Assembly: GCA_977017645.1 (NCBI GenBank)
Contig: OZ360222.1
Span: forward strand, 208,196,001 to 208,260,000
Direction of reading: 5' to 3'
DNA length: 64,000 nucleotides
From: Torpedo marmorata
Lineage: Eukaryota
Below, in pieces: positions 22,571-34,640 of this stretch (position 1 is its first letter; every line of letters begins with the position of its first letter). Under the pieces are notes generated by a model that worked only from the letters and a program-made list of their open reading frames with translations, was not told where the DNA came from and did no database searches. Position numbers and translations under genes: made by a program.

Positions 22571-24882
22571 TAAAATCTCCTCCTCTCCTTTGTTACTTTT
22601 TGCCAGAACTCTGATTCTGTCAGTTCAATTTTTTAACAGGAAGCTTATCTACAATTGTTTTATATTTTAATTTGATTTCCTTTGTTTTGTGATATCAGTC
22701 CTCAGTGCTTGGTCTAAGAGTGAGAGCAGTCAGTGTGAGAAATGACTCGGGATTAAAGGCTGGCTGTATGATATCTATGTGCACTGATGCCTGTGACACC
22801 AAACCACATGATTCATACACTTCTGAGCCCAGCTGCACACTGCCGAGAAAATGGGGATCAAGTTCCTTTTTGGAGAGTGGATCGTGGAAGATTAATGATC
22901 ACAGATCTTTGCTGTAACTTTGCTGTTAGGGAAAACTAGAAAATTGTTGAGAGAAGGAGGGTGTCTTTTTAGTTTTACTTTTAAATCTATTGATCTTTCC
23001 AAAGGTTAAAATGGGAGTGGTAAGTTAAATGTCATTCTAAACAGCGCTGCTGCGTTTGTGACTTGGAACTGATAATGACACCTCTGTGAGGAAGTATTTC
23101 TGTGCTGGGTATTTAGTTTCAGTCTTAGCTGAGGAAGGCGACAGTGAAGGTGTTAATTACTCTTGCTGTAAATAGCTCACTTATTGCAGATCAATTAAAT
23201 CAGCTTTTTTGGAATTATTTTGGAACCAATGCACACTTAAAAAAACAAAACCCCCTGTTCAAAAATGTAACGATTGAAAATGTCTACCTGTTGCTTTATG
23301 TGGGCTATAAATCAAGCAATGTTTGAGAGAGGAAAGAGACGGTCATGGTGGAGGGAGTTGGTGATGGTGTGTGTGACGTTAAACTTGTCTTTATAAAAAC
23401 TTGCTGAGTGTTTGATGACTTCATTCTGGAAATGCTGAACTGCACAGAATAGGAGGTTCAGTGGCTTGATGTTGAAGTCTGAAATTGTCCAGGTTGCTGA
23501 GGTCTACAGTTTGCCTCATTACCGTTGGCCTGGGCCCAGCAAGTTCTGCTGTATAATTCATGCTAACTGAGGTCAACAGTGAATCCTTCTTTATTTCTTC
23601 TATTGCAGTCAAATATCCCTGAAAATAGAAACTGAAGCTTTGTGCTTTGATTTGTATATGAAAGACAAATAATATGTGTAGGATTTGATGTTTTTGAACC
23701 ATCTGAAGGAAAGATGGAAATATTTTTTAGTTGGGGGCGGGAGAGTAAAAGATCAGACAATTGATATAAAGGTGAGAACTATGTTACCCCACTGACACAG
23801 TCATTTCAACAATGGTTCCAAGACATGGGATTTTGTACTCCATCTCATCGGCAGTCTGGGTGCTACAGTGAAGACTACAGTAGAGGTCTCACTAGCTTGT
23901 TGACATAGGAATTATTGGTAAGGAAGACATCATTAATGTGTATTTTTTGAGTAACCAAAATTACTTACATGTGTCATTCTGCAGTCAACCCTGCTGCAAT
24001 CTTTGTCAATCTTTTGTTAATTCTCAGCTTCTCTGCCTGTATGGTGGATCACTGCCCATTGTCAACCCTTGATTTCAATGGAATGACAATTTGATGGGTA
24101 CTACATTGAGTGGCCTTGGAGAACACAGTGACATAGGCTTTGTGGTCGATAGTATTTAACCCCTCCTGGATGCCCCAGACTTACTATTGGTGTTATATAA
24201 CAATTATCCAAAAGATCTAGGCTTGACAAGCCTATTAGTGACACAAATTCTTTAGATAATCTCAATCATATTTATGAGTACATATTATGAGACTCACACC
24301 CACTGTCAATTTTTTGATGAATACAGACAGTCTCCTTACAAACTCTGTTGGTCCTATTATGAATCTATCAGTCCTCTCAGACATTATCAGTCCACAGTGA
24401 GGACAGTCAGGCCCAGAACAGTCACTTACAAACACCATCATTATTATTTTGAATCCATTCAGTACTTTTACAGAGGTTGTTAGTCTCATCACGGACCATG
24501 AGTTTTTTGGTGATTACCTAATATGATGGTATTTTATGTAGCATTTATGTAAGTGGTCCAGTTGCTGACTGGCACAAATTGAATCGAGTATTGATCTGGA
24601 TTCTGGGCCAGGTGGATGTGTGCACAATATGGCAGGAGAATTTGTTGAGGAGCTGGACTCTCTCTGCTTCACCCTTGAATTAGCTGTGTGTGTTGACAGC
24701 CATGTAATACATTGTAAGGTTGATGTCAATGCTGAGACTGAGTGCCCTTCCCTATCTTGGGTTTATAACAGAAGTTAGAGATTGACATCGCATCAATTTG
24801 TAAAGAGAGCAAGGATAAAGATGCTGCTGAGAAACCAATGTCTTGCGCCTCCAAATGGTCTGATAGACAATACTACATAAGC

Positions 24883-25050
24883 AAACAATGAGAAGCTGGA
24901 GGAACTCAGCGGGTCAGGCATCATCCATGAGTAAAAATGGTCAGTCAACATTTCAGGTCTCGATAAAGTGTCCAACTCGAAACATTGACTGAACATTTCT
25001 ACCCACGGATGCTGCGTGACCCGCTGAGTTCCTCCAACTTCTCATTGTTT
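24883..25050. repeat. Fold-back (hairpin) element made of two inverted Penelope-type termini
   Basis: aaacaatgagaagctggaggaactcagcgggtca... versus ...tgacccgctgagttcctccaacttctcattgttt; arms are about 70 bp. Confidence 0.85.
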
Positions 25051-25445
25051 ATTCAAGTTTCCAGCCTCTGTAGTTGTTGTGTTTCTAAACTATACTTCCT
25101 AATTTAGTTTTAAGCCTTATAGTTGAGAATATTTTCATATTTGTTTCCTGGACTTTATTCAGTTTTTGTTCCTGATCAGTATCCTGTTGGGAAAGGTTGG
25201 TGAGGGACTGACTTGTGATGTTACACGAGTCAAATACCTCTTGATGTTTTACAATCGTCTAAGGGTAGGAATGAAGGGTGACTGGTACCTCTACAACCAA
25301 AAGTCAGCACAGTAAAATAGGAAAGGCCCAGATGTGAGTTGACTCCAGGAAGGTGGGATCCCCATAGAGAGTCTGCACTTTCAATTGAGGAAGACCATTG
25401 AGAGTTTGCACATTCAAGAGGAGGTGCCCACAATGAGAGGTAGCA

Positions 25446-25730
25446 CCAGGAGAGGAGAGGTGGTGAGGGACACTTCAGGAGAGGAGAGGTGGACCTTCAG
25501 GAGAGGAGTGGTGGTGAGGGGTGGCACCAGGAAGAGAGGAGTTGAGAGGAGGCACCTTCTGGAGAGGAGAGATGGTGAGAGGAGGCACCTTCTGGAGAGG
25601 AGAGATGGTGAGAGATTAAACCTTCAGGAGAGGAGATGAGGTGAGAGATGGCATTTTCTGGAGAGGAGAGGAGGTGAGAGGTGGCACCAGGAGAGGAGAG
25701 GTGGCTCATTCTGGAGAGGTGAGGATGATA
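25446..25730 (+). repeat. Purine-rich degenerate minisatellite (caggagaggagaggtggtgag-like units)
   Basis: Repeated ggagaggaga...ggcacc(ttct) units, including an exact ~30-nt tandem copy at about 25544-25613. Confidence 0.8.
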
Positions 25731-26509
25731 TCCACTCCATCCCTTTATACTCCCCACCTAAGAAAGTCTGAACATCCCCCCCACCCCTGCTCCACCGTGA
25801 GTTTACGCTTTCAGGAAAGGATTGAAAATAATTGGAGTTAATAAAAACAAGTTGCCTCCATAAAATTATTTGCTGGAGCAAGTTTAATTTTAGTAACTGA
25901 ACTGCTACAAATACGATCTGTGTCTGAACCTCATAATTCAGTTGAAGTAAACTCTCACCACAATTAACAGTTCTACTCATGGTGGTGTGTTTATCGTAAT
26001 TATGACCAGCATGTTCAGAGTAACATTACTGCTCTGATTTTGGTTGTTAAGTGCTGAGTTCAAATTTTAACATTGAATTTAATTATAGTAGTTTCTTTCA
26101 ACTCTATGAAGCTCTGAATAAGATTGGCTAATCGTATGCCTTGTTACAGTCATGCCTATCCACCTGCCTGAGTCCGTTGTTCTCTATCTGTTTTCTCATC
26201 TCTGTGTGTTCTTTAGTTTCTTCTGTCTACCTGTCTCTACTAAGCCATTTATTTACACCTGAATCTTTTGTGTTAGTCTGTCTCTCCGTGTCATTCAGTT
26301 TGAATCGGTCTGTCTTCATTTGTTTGCCTGTGTCTTTCTGCATCATTCTCGGTGACTGTCTTTGTCTGTTTGTTCTTATCTGTCATTATTCATTTTCTCT
26401 TCCTTTGTTCATGCATCTTCCAATGTCTGTCCACTGTCTTCTGTACATTTTTTCATCTACCTATGATCAACTACTTGTATCAAAATTCCCGTGTCTGCCT
26501 TACCACCTA

Positions 26510-26710
26510 TCCTCATCTCAAAGACATGGGCGTTAGTAGATTAATTGGCCACTGTAATTTACACTTCATTTGTAGGTGAGGGGTAGAATCCTGGAGGAGT
26601 TAAAGAGAATGTGGGGAGAATAAAAAATGGAATTAATGTCAGATTAGTATAAAATCAGTGGTTGATGATGAGTGGGCCAAATGGCCTGTTTCTCTGCTGT
26701 ATCTCTCCAT
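26510..26710 (+). mobile_element. Degenerate V-SINE/CR1-tailed SINE 3' portion
   Basis: ttagtagattaattggccactgtaa...gggccaaatggcctgtttctctgctgtatctctc. Confidence 0.55.
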
Positions 26711-28450
26711 GACCATGGCATTTTGTTCATCTAACCGTTTTCTGTTTATTTATGTCCGTTTAGCTGTCTGTCCATCTTTGCCCATTTACTCTAATTCTTT
26801 GTCCTTGTCTCCCTCTATCTACCTGCTCAATCTTTGCATGTCTCCAGTTGTTAGGTATTGGTCTGTCTTTATTTCCCTATGTTTGTCTTACTTTATGTTT
26901 ATCCATGTTTGCTAACTCTTTCTGCCTTACTTTGCCTGTGAGTGTCTGTCTCAGTCCCTGTGTATCTGTATCTGCTAACTGTGCCTGTCTTTGTTTACCA
27001 CTGATTGTCTCCCTGCCCCCCTTCGCGCTATCTCATCCAACTTTTTAAAATCTGTTATCTTAAATACAGTGTTAAAACCACATCGCATTGTATATTTGAC
27101 AAATTATGCCTGAATGTATTCTGGCATTTTTGTCATATTTTATTTGACAGGCTCGCAGATGGAATGATTCTTTTAAAAGTTTACAGCCAGTATACTTGCT
27201 TGGTGTGTCCGTGAGTGCATTGAGTGTCCTGTTTGATATTCGACAACTGGTGCACTGAGCTGCTCATTTCAGTCGTCTTTCTGATTACCTTCACAAGGTT
27301 TGAGTACTTTTATTAATTTTAAGCTCAATTTGATGGTGAGTTCTTCAAGGTGTTTCTAAATTTGACAACTTGCGCATGGTGTTGATTCCAGCCTTCCTTG
27401 GTAAAAAAAAATTAAATATGTTCCCTGGGAGAATATAACTTTCTTATCTGTGTTCCATAGGGAATAATGTGTGGCGTGGCGCTGAAAATTAATTTTAGCA
27501 GGAGGCACTTGTCACATGTTTTGTTTTGACAGTAAATATGTGAGAACAAGGAAGGAATTTCATCTATATTTTAAAGGTTATATTTTTACATGTATTGCCT
27601 TTCATGTAGTAAAGTGTGCCCCTTCCTCTGCTGAAGATACTGAGTGGTCTGTGCATGTCAAGCAGGAATTATTTACATGCTGGTAAATGTCGGAGGCGGT
27701 TTGAATTTGGAAATGTTCACACCCATCTCAATCCTCTCCTCAGCCAATTTCTGCAAGGAAATAGCTTCCAGAAGAAGCTTTGGATATTGCCCAGGATTGA
27801 AAACTCTGGGTATAATGAGGAGAATGCACTCTGCACGTTTGGTTGAAACCATCAAGCTCTGAGGGTGTGTCTGTCTGTGTGATATTACTACCATGTACAG
27901 CTCAAATGCAGCAACTGGATGACGTTCACTGTGCTCCTTCTCCGCTCTGTTGCACTCCCGACATTTTCTGCTGTTGACCATGGAGCCCAGATCTCAATAA
28001 ATGTTGAAACCTGTAATAAAAAAAGTCACCTCAGTATTGAGGAAGCCACTGTTACATTATTTTGCCATGACCCAGCTCCTTCATTGTAAAAGATCACACT
28101 AGACATAGGATATCTTCTCTAAGTTGAAGAATGCCCGTGGAAGCATTCAAATGTTTGTAGAACTCTGAAACTCGTTTCCATTGAAATTCCTGGCTATAAA
28201 TTGTCCATTTAAAACTACTAATCATGGGTGTCTGAATTGGGGTGGGTGGGGTTACATGTGATCCAATCCCATCTCGATGTTGCTTTGAATGATAGTGGGG
28301 AAAGGAGAGGGAAGAAAGAACGAAAATAATGCAGCTAAGCCATCAACATCAATAGAGGCCTCCTAGACCATGTCAGCCTTGACCCTATCCTACAGAACTG
28401 GAAGCATGGCATGCAAAAGAATTGCCACCCTTCCAGGTTACTTTGGAGTA

Positions 28451-28620
28451 AAACAGGAAGATCTGTAGATGCTGAGGTCAAGTGCAATACATAAAGTGCT
28501 GGAGAAATTCAGCAGGTCATGCAGCATCCACAGAGAAGTATCCTTTCCTGATGAAGGGCTCGGGCCTTTTACTTTCTATGGATGCTGCGTGATCTGCTGA
28601 GTTTTTCCAGCACTTTTGTG
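28451..28620. repeat. Fold-back element with an HHR remnant (cctgatgaagggctcgggcc) in the loop
   Basis: Arms 28491-28540 and 28570-28620 are near reverse complements. Confidence 0.8.
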
Positions 28621-29567
28621 TTATGAGCAAGATTACTTTGGGGTCTTCAGGAATCGATTTCTTTGGCACATGAGAAAAATTATATGGAATTATGCCAAAT
28701 CAGGAGAGAAATTCATCTTCCATTGCATGCATTGAATGGGTAATGTTTTTCCTTGCGAGTATTGAACATCACATTGAAATTTCATATCTTTTGAAGACTT
28801 TATAGTCTGTCGAACAAAATTTCAGATGCAGTTCAGTGTATAAATGCTGCTACATATGCATATTGAACCTATAAAACATAGGATAAATTTCTATGCTTCC
28901 AGGAGTTTTACATTAGTTTTCTTCAAACATTTTATTTTAATTACAAACATATTGGGGAAGGAGAAAAAAATCTTTTGGATTGGGTGAGGTCTAAAGCAAT
29001 GTGATGAAACTTCCAACAATATGTCCACTCCAAATTGCCAGGCATGGGGTTAGGGGGTGAGGTGAGGGTGTCAATTGATAACCTTAGGAAGTCTTTGAAC
29101 AAAGACCCTTACCTTGTGTGAACACTCAGTGATGATTGCATTTGCACACAGGCAGAAGGAGATGCTACAGTCTCTTAAACAGCTAAACTCCACAGGCATG
29201 TTGGCAGTTTGAGGTATTGTGCAATTTGAAGAGGGGTAAGAAAGGAGTTTTTTTTCTGCTTTTCCACCACATTTGACCCTGTGTTATATCTTCTCATTCA
29301 GGGTCAGTTTGCCCGAAATGGAAAAGACAGGATAGGGAGCACAGGGCCTCATTCGGGGGCAGCCAAGTAGAAAGACCAGTTTCTGCAGGTGGTCGGTATC
29401 TGATCAGCTCAGAAAATGCTGCTGGAACAACTGGTTTACTTGTTTAAAAACGTCAACCTCAGAAGTAAAATGCAAAAGGCAATTCTTGATTCATTGATTG
29501 TTTAAGTACAGGGTGCATAACTATTTTGTTGCCTTTCAGGAAAAGGGAATGGATTGCATATTCTAAG

Positions 29568-29606
29568 GAGAGAGAGAGAGAGAGATAGAGATAGAGAGAG
29601 AGAGAG
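29568..29606. repeat. (GA)n microsatellite
   Basis: gagagagagagagagagatagagatagagagagagagag. Confidence 0.9.
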
Positions 29607-31489
29607 AAAAAAAGGGGGGGGAGGTTCATGCATGAGCAGCCATTGTGAGTGGTTGTCTTCATATGGGCCTCATGCTGTGCTCATTGGATGGAACTCGGGC
29701 TGCAATTGTGCAGCAGTTTGTCAGCGTCCTCCAGTGGGTGAAAGGGACAAGCCTAGAGGTTGCGGCAGGCATTCAAACTTGGTCCTGTCACTTAAAATCT
29801 CCCAGTTGTGTTTAAGTACAGTGTACATCTGATTCTCAGGAGTGACCCGTGGCAAATTGCAATTTCAAATAACTTCCCAACGCAGAGAGAAGGGAAGCAG
29901 CATCAGAAATAAAACTGCGCACACATAATATCACGGAGTAAGATGGATTGTGGCTCCCTGATGTCAAGTCACTGCTTGTGATTTCTGTTGGAAGGATTTA
30001 TGGTTGCGTTTGAAATCCTTGGAGTTTGATATTTCTTCTAAAGTTCATGTGATGCCATGTGCAGGTGGTGCAGATGTAGTTTAAAATGTGTGTGCGCATA
30101 TGTGGGTGTTTGTGTGGGTGGGTGTGGATGGTGGGAAGTTGCATTGTTTTTTAGCAGGAAGATGAAGACAGTGAGGCATTAATTTTGAGTACAGTAGAAT
30201 AACCAACAAAGGGACCCAAATTGTACATGCTCAATTTCACTGATTGTGACAACCTAATCGGTAAAGATTATAATGAAATGGATTGAAAGATAAAATTGAG
30301 TAATGTAGTGTTGCTGTGCTCTTGCTAAATTTAATTATTTTGATGTTGGGCAGGAATGGGAATTAGATTTCACACTTTGATGTGCTTGCTGTACAGGAAT
30401 ATGTATATCCACTTTATAAAAGGCTCATTTATTTCTCTTGGTTGTTTGCGCCTCTCCCTTCCCCCTGCTTTTTGGATAGGAAAAGCTGGGATAACCTTGC
30501 AATTTAAATTCCTGCAGCTGGATTTTTTGTTCTGTGTGTGAACATTTTCTTTCCCAGTTAGTTCCCTCGGTGCATCCCAGTTACTCAGCCGAGAGGTACT
30601 GAGTCTCCCTATGATGGGGTCTGGAGCCCTTCCATCTTCCAGCCAAGTAGCTAATAGCACAAACAACTTCCATGTATGTGGCATGCTTAACATTAAAAAA
30701 GAATAAAATAGGCAGTTTGCAGAAGCAATTATGCTGAAAATTTGAAACCAAGCCATGCAAGGAGATTGGGGAGGTTTGGACAATATACCAGGAAAGGAGC
30801 ATTTTAAAGGGGAAATTTATGCAGGGAGTTCCAGGGCTCAGGGTGTTGGCAGCTAAATAGAGTCAGAGAAAATGGAGGTATTAACATTAAGTGCATGTAA
30901 GTGACCAGAATTGTAGGAGCACAGATATCTGGGTGGGTCTTTGCTGCTCGAACGTGTGCTGAGGTCAAACGTTTACAAAAAAATTCTAAAATGTTGTGGT
31001 AACTGAGAGTCAGTTGAGCATTTAGCTATGGACTTAGGGTTAGCCATTCATGAATGGCCAGTCTCACTGTGATTTGAAAACATTTCCATAGTTGCTTTTT
31101 GATATCAGACCTTTGCGTAAAATTAAGTGAACAATAAGATGTTGGAGGGACTTAGCTGCTCAGGCAGCATTCAAGGAGAGAAATGGTCAGTTAACATTTT
31201 GGGTTGGGATCCGTTTGTTGGGATAACTCTGGTGACGTGTTTCAAAGGATTCAAATTCCCAGTTTCAAATATTGCTGGTCCTCTGGACCTCCTGAGAGGT
31301 CTCACAAGATCGCCTGCAGCTTGTGATCCCAGCACCTAGCCTCCGAATTATGTCACCTTACACTCTGGACCTCCTCGGAGGACCAGCTAAAGATCACCTG
31401 TGGCTTGTGACTGATCACCTGGCCTCCGACTGATGTCACTGTACAATCTGTTTCCTTTCACACCAGTGGGGTGGGCCATGCTGTGGTGT

Positions 31490-32035
31490 CTGACTTATCT
31501 CCTGACATCCCAAAGTCTTTCCATCATCAACAAGCCACAAGTTAGGAGTGTGATCGAATGTTCTCCACTGGCCCGGATGTATGCAGCTTACTCAACACAC
31601 AAGAAACTTGACACTATTTAGGACAATGCAGCCACCTGATTTGCACCCCATCCACCATCCTAAACATTAATTCCTTCCACCTCTGAACCACAGAGACTGC
31701 AGTGCGTACCATCTATAACATGTACTCCAGTTAACTGCCTAGACTCCCAACAACATCTCCCAAGTCCACAACCTCCACTATGGAGAAGGACAAGAGCAGT
31801 CAGCGTCTAGGAACACCACCCCTTCAAGTTACACACCGTCCTTACCAGGAAACATTTCACTCTTCCATCATCATTGTTGGTTTTAAATCCTGGAATTCTC
31901 TCCCCAACAGCATTGTGGGAAGACTTTTGCAAGAAGGAAAGCTGTGGTCAAGAAGGTGGTTCATCACCATCTTCTCAAGGGCAATTAATGCTGGCCCTGC
32001 TAGCAATACCTGGATTCTGCAAGATGAATAAAAAA
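31490..32035 (+). mobile_element. Old CR1/L2-type LINE 3' fragment
   Basis: Degenerate C-terminal ORF (QVRSVIECSPLA...KKLDTI; KSWNSLPNSIV) ending ...gaataaaaaaa. Confidence 0.6.
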
Positions 32036-34474
32036 AAGAAAAATTGATTCTTGTGGGTTTTATGTGTATTATTTAATTAGCACATGATGTTAGCGTCATG
32101 GTAATGCACAAGTAACATAGGTGCACACAATGTCAATTAGTGCGAACGTACATATGCACATGAATATTGTTTTGTACGGATGCATACAATGTAACCTGTA
32201 TATGCACAATGATTTGTTTGTGTGCTTACAATATATGTCACAGATTTTGTGTGCAGTGTAATCAATGTATACTAAGTGCAATGTGTATATCAGGGAAATA
32301 GTCCCTGACTTGTTACTGCCCATGCACTGAATTATTGGATAAGATGCTTCTGATATCCACTTTGTAACCTGACAACGGTTGGTGTCTTTAGAATGGAGCT
32401 GAAGTTTAACTTTCCAGTTCCAATTTTGTTATTTTATGAATTGTGTAAACTGTTCTTTTCTGTAACTTTCTTGAAGAGGTCCACAGTGCTATGGATGAGA
32501 GTCCATTCTCAAAGCCACTGATGCCATCATGCATTACTGTTATAATTGTCATTCAGCATGTATGCTGGTGTCCTTGTGTTGCACTGCAGATTTCCTGGCA
32601 CAGAACCTAATGTAGCAATGAAGCTATTGCTTTTCCTCAACTAAATTACTTTTCAATCACCATGGTTGGTAGCTATTAAAAAAAAAACATTGTATGTTTG
32701 ATGTGTAGGCATTAGGGATGGAGATATTAGGTTACTTGTCTGGGCTGCTCTGACAGCTTCTCCCAGCCTGTAACCCCCACCACCAAGGACATGGGCAGCT
32801 GTGTCAAGGAAACATTATCATTTGCAAGTTTCCTTCGACCATCATGACTTGGAAACATATGAGAGGGATAAGGTAAATAGGGATGATGAGGGCAATGGTG
32901 GTGTAAGTGTACAAGGAGTGAAGATACAGGGGACGAGGAGTGAGGATGCAGAGGGAGAGCAATAGGGTGAATGTAGAGGGGATAAAAGGATAGCATGAAG
33001 AGTGAGGAGACAAAGGGTGCAGGTAAGGATATGAGTGAGATAAAGGAGCAGGGGGGGCGAGGGGATTAGAGATGAGGGAATTTGGGCGTGTGTACTAAGA
33101 AATGGGTGAAGACACCAGCAACAAGGAAATGTGGTGTGGCTACTAGGGGTGAGGAGATTTGTGGTGAAGGAGTAAAATGAGGGATGCTTTTGTTGAAGGA
33201 ACTGGAGGTGGGTAGAGGGGAAGGAATTAAGAGTGCATGGACCAGGCTTTGTGATTTGGAGGGGTGAGGTGTCTACTGGTGAGAGAACTAATGGTGTGGG
33301 TACAAGCGGCAAGGGAGCTCAGAATGTGGACACAGAAGTTATTGGCACCAATTGAAAAGTCCATTGGTGCAGGCACTAGGGCTGAGGGGATTTTGGCTGA
33401 AGAAGCTTAGGGTGAGCACTCCAGAGGTGAAGGCATGGGGGGGTTGTTGGCAATAATGAGGCGTGTATGAAATGTGAGGGCACAAGTGAAGGAGCTGACA
33501 ATAAATGCAGCTGGAGCCATCGTGCAGATGTGTTGGAAGGAAGGAATTAGTTTGGCTGGGCTGTTGTGGGGACTGAAGTGTGGGTAGGAGGTTGGAGGGG
33601 GAAGGAGAGTATATGAAGGCTGAAAATAAGTTGTGTGGCTTACACATGACATCTAAAAGAACTCGAGGTTAGTGCATTTGGGCAACGAAGAATGAAAAAG
33701 GAAAGATCGATTTAACCAATGCGATTTTTATACTACAAGTGAAGTTTATTTCCTGCCTTGTGTTGTATTTGTCATCAACATGATGAGGTTTAGTATTCTC
33801 TCAGAATCCTGAGCTCTGGTCCAGTCATCTAGTAAACTGAGTTCTGTTTGGTAATGTGTTCAGGTGTGGATGCAGCATGAAGTCAAGTTTCGGATTGACT
33901 GAGGTAGCCTGCGGTGGTAAAGTAGTTTGATAAGCATCACTGCCCATGCTTGTTAAATGGAAATCAGGCCAGAGTTCAAGTTGACAGCTAACACTCAAGG
34001 CATCTTCCTGAAGGAAAACAAAGCGATGAGGAGTCCAAGTGTGAAGAACTGAGGCTTCAGAGATTCATGTTGTATCTGTTGTGGCAGCTCCCTGTTTAAG
34101 TGTGAGTGTTCTTGCGAAGAATGCTTTGATTTTTTTTGGGGGGGGAGGGTGGTGATGAGTGGATGTAGGAGTACAGCTCTGATGACACGTCTGACTGCCC
34201 TCTTTATGTTTTTTAGATGCCGTTCTCCACGAGGACAGCTGACACAATGTTGCGATAAAGCAAACTTGTTACTTGTAGTCTGTAGCTGGGCAGTTGGCGT
34301 GCGCATGGGCTGAAAGAAACGTAAAGCAGTTCGAGGTATTCAGCGTGGCATCGGCGCGCGAGCGCGTGACAAAAAGCACGGTGCGTATTTCCTCACGGGA
34401 TGTGTGGTGCTGGTATCAGTGGAGCTGAATACAGATCAGACATTTAAGTGTGCAGTAGATCAGTGATAGAGGAG

Positions 34475-34640
34475 GAACGAGAGACTGTAGATGCTGGGAT
34501 CTGAGGCAAAATAAAACCATCTGTTGGAGGGACTTGGTGGGTCGGGCAGCGTCAGTGGGATTGCAGACCTCTCCGGTTGAGGCCATCATTAAGCCTTCAT
34601 TGACTCACTGAGTTCCTCCAGCAGGTTGATTTCTTCTCCT
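34475..34640. repeat. Fold-back element (Penelope-terminus derived)
   Basis: ctgttggagggacttggtgggtc... versus ...gactcactgagttcctccagcag. Confidence 0.6.

Noticed and set aside
26141-27048. Hydrophobic Leu/Ser/Cys/Val ORFs resembling membrane proteins
   Set aside because: Translation of a TC/TG low-complexity tract.
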